64,000 bases of DNA from Octopus sinensis (taxonomy: Eukaryota), in the NCBI RefSeq assembly GCF_006345805.1, contig NC_043018.1, positions 21,700,001 to 21,764,000 on the forward strand. Reading direction: 5' to 3'. Shown here piece after piece: positions 40,823-51,490 of this stretch. Every line of letters begins with the position of its first letter. The stretch's first letter is position 1. The notes under the pieces are model-generated. The model searched no databases. It worked only from the letters and a program-made list of their open reading frames with translations, and was not told the DNA's origin. A program made the position numbers and the translations under genes.

Positions 40823-43800
40823 CTAAAAAGAGAAAGAAAAAGAAACATAAATATATATTTCTTTACTACCCACAAGGGGCTAAACACAGAGAGGACAAAC
40901 AAATGGATTAAGTCAATTATATCGACCCCAGTGCGTAACTGGTACTTATTTAATCGACCCCGAAAGGATGAAAGGCAAAGTCGACCTCGGCGGAATTTGA
41001 ACCCAGAACGTGGCAGCAGACGAAATACTGCTAAGCATTTCGTCTGGCGGGCTAACATTTCTGCCAGCTCACCGCCCAAACATTATATAGTTGACAATAG
41101 TTATTAGGGATGGATGTAAATTTGTTGGCCATGAGATCAACAAAGAGATAGAGAGGAAGGCTTTGTTTGGGATGAAATATATATAAAAGGAGAGTTTACG
41201 AAAATAGACAAAAGACAAAGGCAGGTGGAGTACAAACAAACAAATGTATTAGTATAGCGCTCAGGAATAGAAAAAGTCTTTTACGTTTCGAGCCTACGCT
41301 CTTCGACAGAAAGATATACAGAAAAAAACAAGGAGAGAAAAAAATGTGTGTAGGAGCTGAGAGAGAGAGAGAGCGAGATCTATCAAGGTTACCGAATTAG
41401 GACCAGTTATTAAAAAAAGAAATGAGTGAGAAGAAACAGTAGGGGATGGGTGTAGAACGGATTATATAGATGAAATAAATAAGTGTGCATATACGACAGA
41501 GAGTAAATGATTCAAGGGAAAAACTGGGTACACAGAATGAAGTGGTGAGAAAGGATCTTCAGATGTTGGGTTTCACAAAGGGGATGACAGGAGACTGAGA
41601 CACTCCTGGTTGTTTCCTGTGCTTGAGAAGACACGTCAAGCTCCCTTGCATCCCCCTCCAGCTGAGCATTCCTAATCTTGAGGACTTGTAAGGTGCTGGT
41701 GCCATGTAAAAAGCACCTGTATCGGTGCCACATAAACACACCCATGCTGGTGTTGTGTAAAACCACCCAGTACACCCTGTAAAGTGGTTGGCATTAGGAA
41801 GGGCATCCAGCTGTAGAAACCATACCAAAACAGACATGGAACCTGCACAGCACTTTAGCTGGCCAGCTGCTGTCAAACTGTCCAACCCATACCAGCATAG
41901 AAAACAGACATTAAATGATGATGATGATGATGATGATAATAAGACAAAAAAAAAAGGGAAAGAGCAGTTTTAACTCTTTAGAATTTAAACTGGTCATATC
42001 CGGTTAAAATATTCTACCTATTTTTTTTGTTGAAACTGACCCAATTTGGCCTCTCACACCTACCATACAATGCCATTCTAAAACTACACAATCGCATCAT
42101 TGAAATCTCGTAGCTATGAGATATTGTACGATTAATACAAAACAATGTGAATAAACAAGCAGTGCTTTTGACAGAGTAATCTGAATGCTAAAGGGTTACA
42201 GTCAGTGGTGGTCAGCATCATCATAAACCAATGGAGATGATTGAACTGTTAGATTGAAAATAGCAACAAATAAATAAGAATTAACCTGATTAACCCTTTC
42301 GTTACTGTATATATTTTGAGATGCTCTGTGTTTCTTTCACTTACTTTAAATATAACAAAGAATTTAGTAAAATAACTTAGTTATCATTCAGCTAGTGTTA
42401 GGAACATAAATTGTGACTAAGGTTTGGTGGAAGATTTTAATTCAGAGCTTATGAAAACAAGACATTTGTACTCAGAGCCAGAGGCAGTTTCAGCTGGGTT
42501 GGTACCAAAAGGGTTAAGAATTGTTTCTCTATTATATATTTTAACCCTTTTGTTACCATATTGCTGCTGAGATGCTCTGTGTTTCTTTCAATTACTTTAA
42601 ATATAACAAAGAATTTAGTAAAATAACTTAGTTATCATTAAGCTAGTGTTAGGAACGTAAATTGTGACTAAAGTTTGGTGGAAGATTTTAATTCAAAACT
42701 TATGAAAACAAGACATTTGTACTCAGAGCCAGAGCCGGTTTCAGCCGGGTTGGTATCGAAAGGGGTAATCAATAAATGCGGGCATGGCTGTGTGGTTAGG
42801 AAGCTTGCTTCCTAGCTACATGGTTTCGGGTTCAGTCCCACTGCGTGACACTTTGGGTAAGTGTCTTCCGCTATAGCCCCAAGCCGACCGGAGCTTTGTG
42901 ATTGAATTCGGTAGGTGGAAGTTACTGCCGTGTGTGTATGTGTGCGTATAGCTGCTCAGTGCCTCTCCGAAAGAGTGAGAAAGAATCAAAGAAATTGTCA
43001 GTTCTACAGTTTGTAGATGTCAAGTAAAAGATACAACATCTAGACACACACACAGAGTAGATGCATGTAAGTTGAAATATTCTCAGAACGAAAATCAGTG
43101 AAAGACAAACTTACTCCTTTTTTCTTCAGATTCAGCAGAGTCTTCTTTGCCGTCTTTTGATTCGAGTGTATCGTCTAGTTTGGTCGTGAACGGCGAAGAC
43201 GTGTCAGTATCATCACCTTCCTTTTCCAGACTGCCGATAGATGGCGCCGTTACACTGGACTGGGCTTTGCTTTCCCCACTCACCGACACAGGAGGCAGCT
43301 CATTGATGATCTGGGGAGGGGGAGGAGGTGGTGGTGGTGGAGGGGGCGGCGGCGGTGGAACTGATGTTGGTGGGGGTGGCGGGGGTGGTTGTTGTTGTTG
43401 TTGCTGTTGTTGTTGTTGAGGCTGGGATGGTACCGATGCTGATGGGGATGGTACTGGTGCTGCTGGTAACTGGCTAGTTACCGGCTGCTGTTGTTGTTGT
43501 TGTTGCTGCTGTTGTGGTTGTTGTTGCAGTTGTTGTTGTTGTTGTTGTGGTGTTGGTGTTGGTGGTGGTGGCTGTGGCAAAACAGGCGACTGATGCTGAT
43601 TGGATGAGGGCGAAGGTGAGGTCTGGACTTGAGGTGTCGGGGACGACCGGGGAGACTGCAGGGGCTGCACGGACAGTGGAGCCGCAGCCTGTGGCTGTGG
43701 GGGTTGCGGTTGCGGTGGTGGTGGTGGTGAGTGAAGTTGGTGTGGGTGGGGAGGTAGCGGGGAGTGAGGGGGGACCGATAACGCAACCTGTACTTCACCT

Positions 43801-46800
43801 GGTGAAGGTGGTGAAGACAGTTGCTGCTGCTGCTGCTGGTGTTGTTGCTGCTGCTGCTGTTGCTGCTGCTGATGATGTTGCTGCTGCTGTTGTTGTTGGT
43901 GATGCTGCATTGATGCTGGCAGCTGTGGGTGTGGCTGCATGTGCAACTGCTGTTGCTGCTGCGAAGGTGGAGACAATGTCTGTTGCTGCTGCAGCTGCTG
44001 CTGTTGTTGTTGTTGTTGCTGCAGCTGCATGGTTGCTAACGGCAACAACGAGCTTGACGATGGTTGCAAATGTGAAGGAGAAGGGAGAGGCGGTTGTGCA
44101 GAAGTACTCCTGATTGCATGTGTGAGTACAGACCCAGCTGCAGCAGCGGCTGCAATTGAAGACGATGACGACGACGACGACGACGAAGAGGAGGAGGAGG
44201 ATGACTGCTGTGGTTGTGGTGGTGGTGGTAGCTGTTGGTGGTGATGGTGGTGATGGTGTTGTTGTTGTTGTTGCTGCTGCTGCTGCTGTTGGGAGTGTCG
44301 CACAATCGATGAAACAGCCGCAGAAGACAAATGCTGCTGCGATTGCCTTGCATTCGACCGATGCTGGTGCACGTGGCGCTGAGATGACGAAGGATTTGTC
44401 TGTTGAAGGGCAGATGACAATGATGATGGCGATGACGATGACGATGATGACGACGACGATGATGATGGTTGTGGTTGTGGCTGTGGTGGCGGCGAACGTG
44501 GTGGTTGTGACAGAGATGTACAAACACTTGTCCTTTGTTGATCACTAACTACAGTGCGCTGTTGTTGTTGCTGCTGCTGCTGTTGCTGTTGGTGCTGCTG
44601 CTGCTGCTGCTGTTGATGTTGGTGCTGCAACTGCTGCAGATGCTGAATCTGTTGTCTATGGTGCATCCACTGATGACGTTCTTCGTCTTCAGAGTCCGTA
44701 TCTTCCAGAGCTCGGTACATTACTTCACGACTTACAAAGTTTTCCCCTTTATCAAAAAAAAAAAAAAAAGAAAAATCACAATACATAAAAAAAAAAGAAA
44801 AAAAAGAAGAAAGAAATCCTCCCTGCCCCCCACAACCTTGTTTGACATCATTCAGCTCCTGAAGTCAGTCCTGATTCTGTTGACAAATCATCGAAGATGT
44901 CCTAGTCATTGCCCTCTAGTCTTTTACCGAGACCTATACCGAGGGTACAACAGCAAGACAGACTCACAAAGAGGGGCCTTGCAGGGACAGGCGACCTTTT
45001 GGAAACCCAGATCAAGAAGACGAAATAAGATTGGGACACACCCAATGGAAAACCTGTTTCCAACACTACAGGCAAGCTTTCCAATGGACAACCCCAAGGG
45101 AGACATGGAAGCATGGCAGACCAAAAACAAGGAGAAAGTCCACAGAAACTGAAGCACTAACAGGCAGCTACACTTGGGGACAACTGCAATCTAGTGCCAA
45201 AGATTGAGACTGAATGCAGCCCCTTATTGGCATCCAATGCTCCACATGGAGTCAAAAGAATTAAGAAGAAATCATCATCATCATCATCGTTTAACGTCCG
45301 CTTTCCATGCTAGCATGGGTTGGACAGTTCGACCGGGATCTGGGAAGCCAGAAGGCTGCACCAGGCTCCAGTCTGATCTGGCAGTGTTTCTACAGCTGGA
45401 TGCCCTTCCTAATGCCAACCACTCCGTGAGTGTAGTGGGAGCTTTTTACGTGCCCTGGATTACATTATTAATGTGCCCTTTTAAAAGATGGCTGGATATG
45501 AGTTGAGTAAGATTTGGTTGCTATTTCTAGCAGGTTGAACTACTGTGTAAAAGCTTCCTCGGGTGATCTTTCCAGTTGAGACACTGGAAACAGACCAAAT
45601 TAACTCAATATATCAGGTCCAAGTATAGGCTATGTGATTGAGAAGTTCATTCCACAGCCCTGTGGTGCCAGCTTTCAATCCCAATGCGCAGCACCATGTG
45701 GAAAGCAAAACTTGGGAGTCAGAAACTGGTTGGTCGGTTGGTTGGTGGGTGTGTGAAAAATTATAATTACTAGCAGTATCGCCCGGTGTTGCTCGGGTTT
45801 GTAAGGGAAATAACTATATAAGCATTTTTAGAGAGTTACTTCCCTTATATAACCCAAGCAAAAATCATTAAAAATGCGGAAAAATGATGGTAAATTTTTT
45901 TTTTAATCGTAGACTCATCGTAGACGCGCGCTAATACCCAGAAGGGCTCGATATGAATGACGACTATAAGATAGCCGCTTTTGGTTAAACTGCACCGCAA
46001 AATGTGGGAGTAGTTAGGAATCTAAATCGGAGGAGACAGAGTCTCAAACACACAACTTCAATTTTATATATAAAGATTAGTATTTTGCTAAAAATGGTCA
46101 TGGATGTTGGGTAAAATAACAAAAGAGCATGACTGCAAATGCAAGCGGTTGAAATGGGGTTCCTCCAAGGGAACTCTTATGTAACATTACTTGACAGGGA
46201 GCATAGCATGCAGATCAGACTACTCTTCAGGTTGAACTGCTATTTCTCTGCATTGAGAGATCACAGCTCAGGTACCATGAACAAGCAATTAGAATGTCAC
46301 AGGAAATAATCACAAAACTGGTTCTTCAAGTTGAGCCAATGGGTAGGAGCCATATGGAGGAGACCAAGGATGAGATAGTTGGATAATATCCAGTCTCAGT
46401 TGGCCGTGCTTGGGAATTTGGCCAGAAAGTGTAAATGTCAGCTGCTTCTAATAGAACCTTATTAAAGAGAAGACTGATGACTCTACCCCAATGACCGTCC
46501 CAAGAATAGCAAGTAGAGAAGAAATTTAAAGAGATGAGGAATTATGTACATTATTTACATTCATCGGATTTTGTCCTCATCTTGTTTGTTGTTAACACAA
46601 CGTTTCGGCTGATATACCTTCCAGCCTTCATCAGGTGTCTTGGGGAAATTATGAACCTGGGTTCTCATTCTCATTAGGAATGAGAACCCAGGTTCAAAAT
46701 TTCCCCAAGACACTCGAAGAAGGCTGGAAGGTATATCAGCCGAGACGTTGTGTTAACAACAAACAAGATGAGGGGCCTTCCAAATTTGTTTTAAGAAAAT

Positions 46801-49800
46801 ATTTTTTAAAGAACTGATCAAAAGCTATGTGCAGTGTAGCACTATTAGAAACAAGAATGAGAAAAAGAGTGAAATCACACACCAGTACTTTGCAGTTGTT
46901 TCTTTAAGACTTTCCGAATCCTTCGTTCACTATAACCATTCTCTAAGAAGGTCAGCACACGAGGCTGCTGCAGACATAATTGCAGTTTACTTCTCCAGGA
47001 TTCAGAAGCTGTTAACAAAACCAAAAAAAGAATATTTAGAAAATTCTGAAAAATCACATGGCAAAGAAGTCAGTGTTTTCTTGGTGTTACCACTTTATTG
47101 TAAGTTTATATGTGTGTATGTATGTTTTTATTTTTCACTTTTTAATTTAGAGTTCATTTTAACTGGCCAGCTAGCTGCTTGGTAAGTAAGTTTCTCAAGG
47201 AAAGCATCTTGTTTTGTTCCATTATCTTTAGATTTTAACGGTCTTGTGAATTTTTATTGTTGTGATCATTTGTAAGGAATTAAGGAGCTGCATGATCAAC
47301 CATATTTTGTTCCAGGTGGGTTGTTACATGTCCTGTTGCTCCAATAATACCAGTTATGAATGAAACTGAAAGTCTATCTATTTGCAATGATCCAGAAATG
47401 TTTTCTTTCTCCTGTATTTTTCTGACATCATAGTGTCCAGGGGCCAGCTGATTTACATAACATAGCATTTTTTTTCTTGTGCTCCTACACAAAAATACCT
47501 GGCCCCATTTTTTTTTTTGTCTTTGACACATTAAATTCCAATATAATTGTAATCTACACCATCTGAAAGTATTTGCAAAAAATATCATTAAAAAATACCT
47601 ATTTTCCTGAAAGTCATGAGAAGACAAATAGGGGGTGGAAGAATACACTTCTGTAATTAAGTTCAATCGACATAAGTAAATTAGATCCTGTTTTCCTATT
47701 CAGCTTTCTATTTCAAAAACACCACCCAACAAATATGAAAGAATATTGGAATCAACTTAATTTAGATGACACTGGATTAAAATTATAATTTGTAGGAAGT
47801 AATGTTGCTAATATTGGCAACTCCAGAAAATGTTAAACTAACCCACAGTAAATTGAAATACTGCAGTGAATAAGACTTGTGAGTGAAGCATGTACTTGAA
47901 ATATTCAATAATAAAAGGAAGTTCAAAACAGCATTTTGATAAAAATATATCAACACTGGAATTTATACAAATTTTTCAGACAATCTAACATTAATAACTG
48001 CTTTTAGTATAAGTTATATAATTCCAGCTAATTAATAAGCAACTTTCCCCCATTATATATTTCTTTACTACCCACAAGGGGCTAAACACAGAGGGGACAA
48101 ACAAGGACAGACAAACGGATTAAGTCGATCACATCGACCCCAGTGCGTAACTGGTACTTTATTTATCGACCCCGAAAGGATGAAAGGCAAAGTCGACCTC
48201 GGCGGAATTTGAACTCAGAACGTAACAGCAGACGAAATACGGCTACGCATTTCGCCCGGCATGCCAACGTTTCTGCCAACTCGCCGCCTTTCCCCCATTA
48301 TAGTACTTATTATTATTATAGAGTGAGAGAGCAGTGTGTGCCATCAAAGTGACAGTGGGGTACAAATATATGAAGCCCAATATACCCATCATGACTACTC
48401 ATCTGATAACATGGATCACAACCATATGTGCACAACAAGGTGATCTCATATCAAGATAGTGTATGACCTCATAGGTGGGGCCTAGTTACAATTTTCATCA
48501 GATCAAGTAGCCCATCCCATTCAAAAGGTCCCTGAATAAGGGTTGTTTAAGGATGTAGAAGAAAACACTCATGTTTCCACAGGTGAATTATTCAAACCCC
48601 AAAGAATTCTTCTCAACACATGGTTGATGCTCTCCCACTACTTCTGATCATGATCAGAGATGCACATATCGTCAGCCACCAAGTGACATGCTTAACTGAT
48701 TACGGTCAAACAACTGACAAAGCAAATCTGTGGTACTGAGCAGAATAGTTGCTGCAGCCCATCTTGTGCTTGGCAACTATGGCACTACATCTGACCACAA
48801 TTTCCCCATGCACCACATTGGGAATCCCTGCTCTATATACAACCTTTATGTAGTAGAAAAGCTACATCCCCACTTGAAATACAGGAGTCCTCTACGGTCT
48901 TTCCCTAGGACTACAATATGCAAGGTACTCATAGCCATTCTTCTCAATGCAAGACAAGGTAGCAACAGTAAAATAAACAATAAAATACTTACTTGTTTCT
49001 TGAGAAGAAGGAACATGTAACTGCAAAGAAATAGAGAAATACAATGATGAGTATACTGAGATGACACAATACAACTTATTGTATAAGATTTACAGGCAAA
49101 ACATAACAAACAAGGCTGGTTTTGATATTCTGAATTATGCTCCCTGTCTAATAACAATGAAAAAATTACTGTCACATCGTAGCATGAGTGTGCCTCTATG
49201 TGGTCACTCAACATGCTAAAAATAGCAGTAAGATCTCTCCCAACTGATCATAATATCATTTAAGAAAAAAAAAGGGTGGAGGCATATTTGATTATGTAGT
49301 TCTAGATACACTATTAAATGATTGAAAATGTAAGATGTGTTGTTAATTAATCAAGTTATAATTTTTCAAATTGTTAATCACCATCTATGAAAATGAAACT
49401 TTTTATATTACTTGCAACATCCCTCTCTACTCCCCACTAAGTCGAGAGGTTTTGTCTTGTGAGTATCCGATGACCCTGACTAGTGTCATGTAAAAAGTAT
49501 CCAATATGGTCTAAAATGTAGTTGGTGTTAGGAAGGTCATCAAGAAGTCAGAAGACACTGGAGTTTGGTGCAGTTGTCTCGCTTACCAGCTCCTGGTCAG
49601 CTGTCCAAGCCATGCCAACGAAACAGAAATGATGATGATGTCTACACAATGTTTTCATCTGTTGATCATTGACCATTATTTGATGGTCTTATTCCTAGAT
49701 ATGTAAATAATACCAGACGGGATTCAAATTAAGTGCCTTTATTTCAAAAACAGAAGGCTGCAAACACCAACCAGGCTACAGAAGCAGGAGAGTAAGAATT

Positions 49801-51322
49801 TTTGGTTGAGAAAAAAGAAATTCTTCCTTTGATCCCAGTCCAGTATTCTATACAACATCACGGAATAAGACAAATACTAACAACTGGAGATCAAACTGAT
49901 AACAATACAGACAGTACATCATCATCATTTAATGTTCACTGTCCATGCTGGCATGGGTTGGATGGCTTGACTGGGTTGGCACGCTGGAAGGCTGCACCAG
50001 GCTCCAGTCTGATTTGGCATGGTTTTCTACAGCTGGATACCCTTCCTAATGCCAACCACTCCAAGAGTGTAATGGGTGCTTTTATGTGCCACCAGCACAG
50101 GTGCCATTTGCATGACACCGGTATCTGCCATAACTGCAATTTTTGATGATATGACTATATTTCTAGACTGACATTGTAGGCTAGGTGTGAGAAGCTGGCA
50201 TGAATATAAAACAAGTACGGGATTTTGGCCCGATATGGCTAGTTTAAACACTAAAGGGTTAGGAAGACTCAAACCCCGTTTTAACTGCTTGATAGGAAAC
50301 CTCACCGGTGATTACAATACAGAGAGCCTGCCATTCCATCTTGTAATCTTTATATATAAAAGTCAAGTTGTGTGTCTGTCTCCTACGATTTAGATTCCTA
50401 ACTACTCCCACATTTTGTGGTGCAGTTTAACCAAAACCGGGTATCTTATAGTCGTGATTCATATCGAGCCCTTCTGGGTATTAGCGTGTGTCTATGATGA
50501 GTCTACGATTTAAAAAAAAATTTACCATCATCTTTTTCCATTTTAATGCATTTTTTGCTATTATATAAGGGAAGTAACTCTCTAAAAATGTCTACAATGA
50601 GTCAACGATTTAAAAAAAAATTTACCATAATTTTTTCCCCATTTTTAATGCATTTTTTTGCTATTTTTTGGCTATAACTCTCTAAAAATGCTTATATAGT
50701 TATTTCCCTTACAAACCCGAGCAACGCTGGGCAATACTGCTAGTACTAGATACAGTAACTGTTTTGCTTATCTTTTAACAGAACAAATTTATCTCAGCAG
50801 CATATTTAGTCAGTCGCTTGGCACTAGCAGCATAGGTTATTCGGCTCATGTTCAGCTTAGCAAGGTGTTACCACTTTGGTCCAGTGTTTGCCACAAGAAC
50901 TAATAACCTCACGAATAATTTCAATGGAACTTCTCAAATAAAAGACAAATTCACAGCAGGAAAATTTCTTTTCTGAGGTATACTTGCCATCTCAATATGG
51001 CTAACCACTAAGGGTGGGTGTTACTGTAGCTTGTAGCCCCAGGAGAACATCGTCTCCAGCTGGCTTTAGGCACACTTCTCCCTTAGTGGTTAACCATATT
51101 ACGCTCCCTGTCTAATAACAATGAAAAAATTACTGTCATATTGTAGCACGAGTGTGCCTCTATGTGGTCACTCAACATGCTAAAAATAGCAGTAAGATCT
51201 CTCCCAACTGATCAAAGAAAAAAAAGGGTGGAGGCGTATTTGATAATGTAGTTCTAGATACACTATTGAATGATTCAGAGATTTATTATTGCTTGCGTGC
51301 AAAATTTCTTTTGTTTTTAAGA

Positions 51323-51353
<31 letters not shown>

Positions 51354-51490
51354 CAAAACAAAAAACACACCCATGATGAAATTCTACTCACTGGACGGTA
51401 CTTGTCTGTTTGCTGGGTGGGGTCCTTTTTGCAAACTTTTGCTTCTCTCCAGTCATTGGGCTCGATACCAAGGAGCCTATGGGGCTGGAT
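40626..51490 (-). CDS. Inhibitor of apoptosis (IAP/BIRC, cIAP/XIAP-like) E3 ligase, 3' partial: join(complement 51392-51490, 48993-49020, 46883-47008, 43115-44746, 40626-40822)
   Basis: Five GT-AG bounded exons with consistent phases (0-0, 0-1, 1-1, 1-1, 1-stop), 2082 nt = 693 aa plus stop. IAP-type UBA followed by a terminal IAP-type RING. No BIR exon seen in the window. Confidence 0.85.
40853..41077 (-). mobile_element. SINE family C, abutting the IAP last-exon acceptor
   Basis: Same sequence as the other C copies. Additional copies at 11805-12030 (-) and 16775-17000, 20560-20765, 20800-21010 (+, older). Confidence 0.85.
41185..41400. mobile_element. Penelope-like non-autonomous fragment with hammerhead-like motif (41279-41313, minus)
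   Basis: Same family as 5160-5330. Minus strand reads CUUU-CUGUCGA-A-GAGC-GUAG-GCUC-GAAA-CG-UA-AAAG. Confidence 0.6.
41510..41937 (+). mobile_element. RTE-clade LINE 3' end: ORF C-terminus, 3'UTR (family A body) and (GAT)n tail
   Basis: 41533-41640 translates EVVRKDLQMLGFTKGMTGD*...VLEKTRQA, directly followed by ggttggcattaggaagggcatccagc...gacattaaatgatgat. Confidence 0.75.
42290..42768 (+). mobile_element. Two head-to-tail piggyBac-type MITEs (family G)
   Basis: TTAA-CCCTTT...AAAGGG-TTAA ends at 42290-42517 and 42541-42768. Further copies at 27142-27370 (-) and 63896-64000 (partial). Confidence 0.8.
43115..44746 (-). CDS. IAP 1632-nt exon: second half of UBA (GENFVSREVMYRALED) followed by a polyQ/P/S/H/A linker
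   Basis: Acceptor (t)n-gataaag at 44747 and donor A|gtaagt at 43114. Phase 1-1, 544 codons, open in only one frame over the full length. The N-terminus resembles the cIAP UBA segment GENY..V..LV..LL.AEDE. Confidence 0.82.
44850..45268 (+). mobile_element. RTE LINE 3' ORF remnant (frameshifted)
   Basis: Fragments W.PQG...GRPK..RR..E.E...TWGQLQ..AKD...CSTW are typical of the RTE RT C-terminus. Confidence 0.6.
45272..45456 (-). mobile_element. Family A copy in IAP intron
   Basis: Same core sequence. Confidence 0.8.
45770..46076 (-). mobile_element. Non-autonomous Helitron
   Basis: On the minus strand: 5' A|TC start, subterminal hairpin cccgagcaacaccggg and CTAG|T end. Confidence 0.8.
46130..46520 (+). 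mobile_element. RTE LINE 3' ORF remnant
   Basis: Fragments LQAVEMGFL...IERSQLRY...ITKLVLQVEPMGR...RPRMR.LDNI. Confidence 0.6.
46575..46773. mobile_element. Fold-back (palindromic) Penelope-derived element
   Basis: About 96-bp arms with 5 mismatches and a 7-nt loop (46671-46677). Confidence 0.8.
46594..46639 (-). ncRNA. Minimal type I hammerhead ribozyme motif
   Basis: GACAC-CUGAUGA-A-GGCUG(GAAGGUAUAU)CAGCC-GAAA-CG-UU-GUGUU: intact core, stems I and II, and a palindromic AACGUU stem III. Confidence 0.65.
46883..47008 (-). CDS. IAP exon, first half of UBA (SESWRSKLQLCLQQPRVLTFLENGYSERRIRKVLKKQLQST)
   Basis: Acceptor ttttggttttgttaacag and donor G|gtgtgt; 126 nt, phase 1-1. LENGYS..RIRKVL..QL.STG aligns by eye with the IAP UBA motif LEMGF....VKQ.V..KI..TG and joins in frame to GENF. 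Confidence 0.88.
48058..48287 (-). mobile_element. SINE family C with 15-bp TSD
   Basis: TSD ctttcccccattata at 48043-48057 and 48288-48302. Confidence 0.9.
48993..49020 (-). CDS. IAP 28-nt microexon (LHVPSSQET)
   Basis: Strong acceptor tttctctatttctttgcag and donor A|gtaagta. Phase 0-1 bridges the two neighbouring exons. Confidence 0.72.
49915..50145 (-). mobile_element. Family A copy (diverged)
   Basis: Same core sequence. Confidence 0.7.
50347..50743 (+). mobile_element. Non-autonomous Helitron (same family, with an internal duplication)
   Basis: A|TCTTTATATATAAA start, cccgagcaacgctggg hairpin and CTAG|T end. Confidence 0.8.
50994..51100. mobile_element. Small MITE-like element with 21-bp TIR
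   Basis: aatatggctaaccactaaggg / cccttagtggttaaccatatt; related partial copy at 24020-24100. Confidence 0.55.
51392..51490 (-). CDS. IAP 99-nt exon (IQPHRLLGIEPNDWREAKVCKKDPTQQTDKYRP)
   Basis: Acceptor ttttgttttattttaaacag and donor CCA|gtgagta. Phase 0-0, open, unique sequence. Confidence 0.72.

Noticed and set aside
43147-44548. Antisense and alternate-frame ORFs over the polyQ exon (poly-V/A/C/T/H)
   Set aside because: Expected shadows of stop-free trinucleotide repeats.
43095-44786. ORF-track start MYCDFSFFFFF and stop for the 563-aa ORF
   Set aside because: Both ends are intronic read-through; splice sites define 43115-44746.
47351-47447. Possible 97-nt alternative IAP exon (LAPGHYDV...), phase 0-1
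   Set aside because: Acceptor lacks a pyrimidine tract; no supporting homology.
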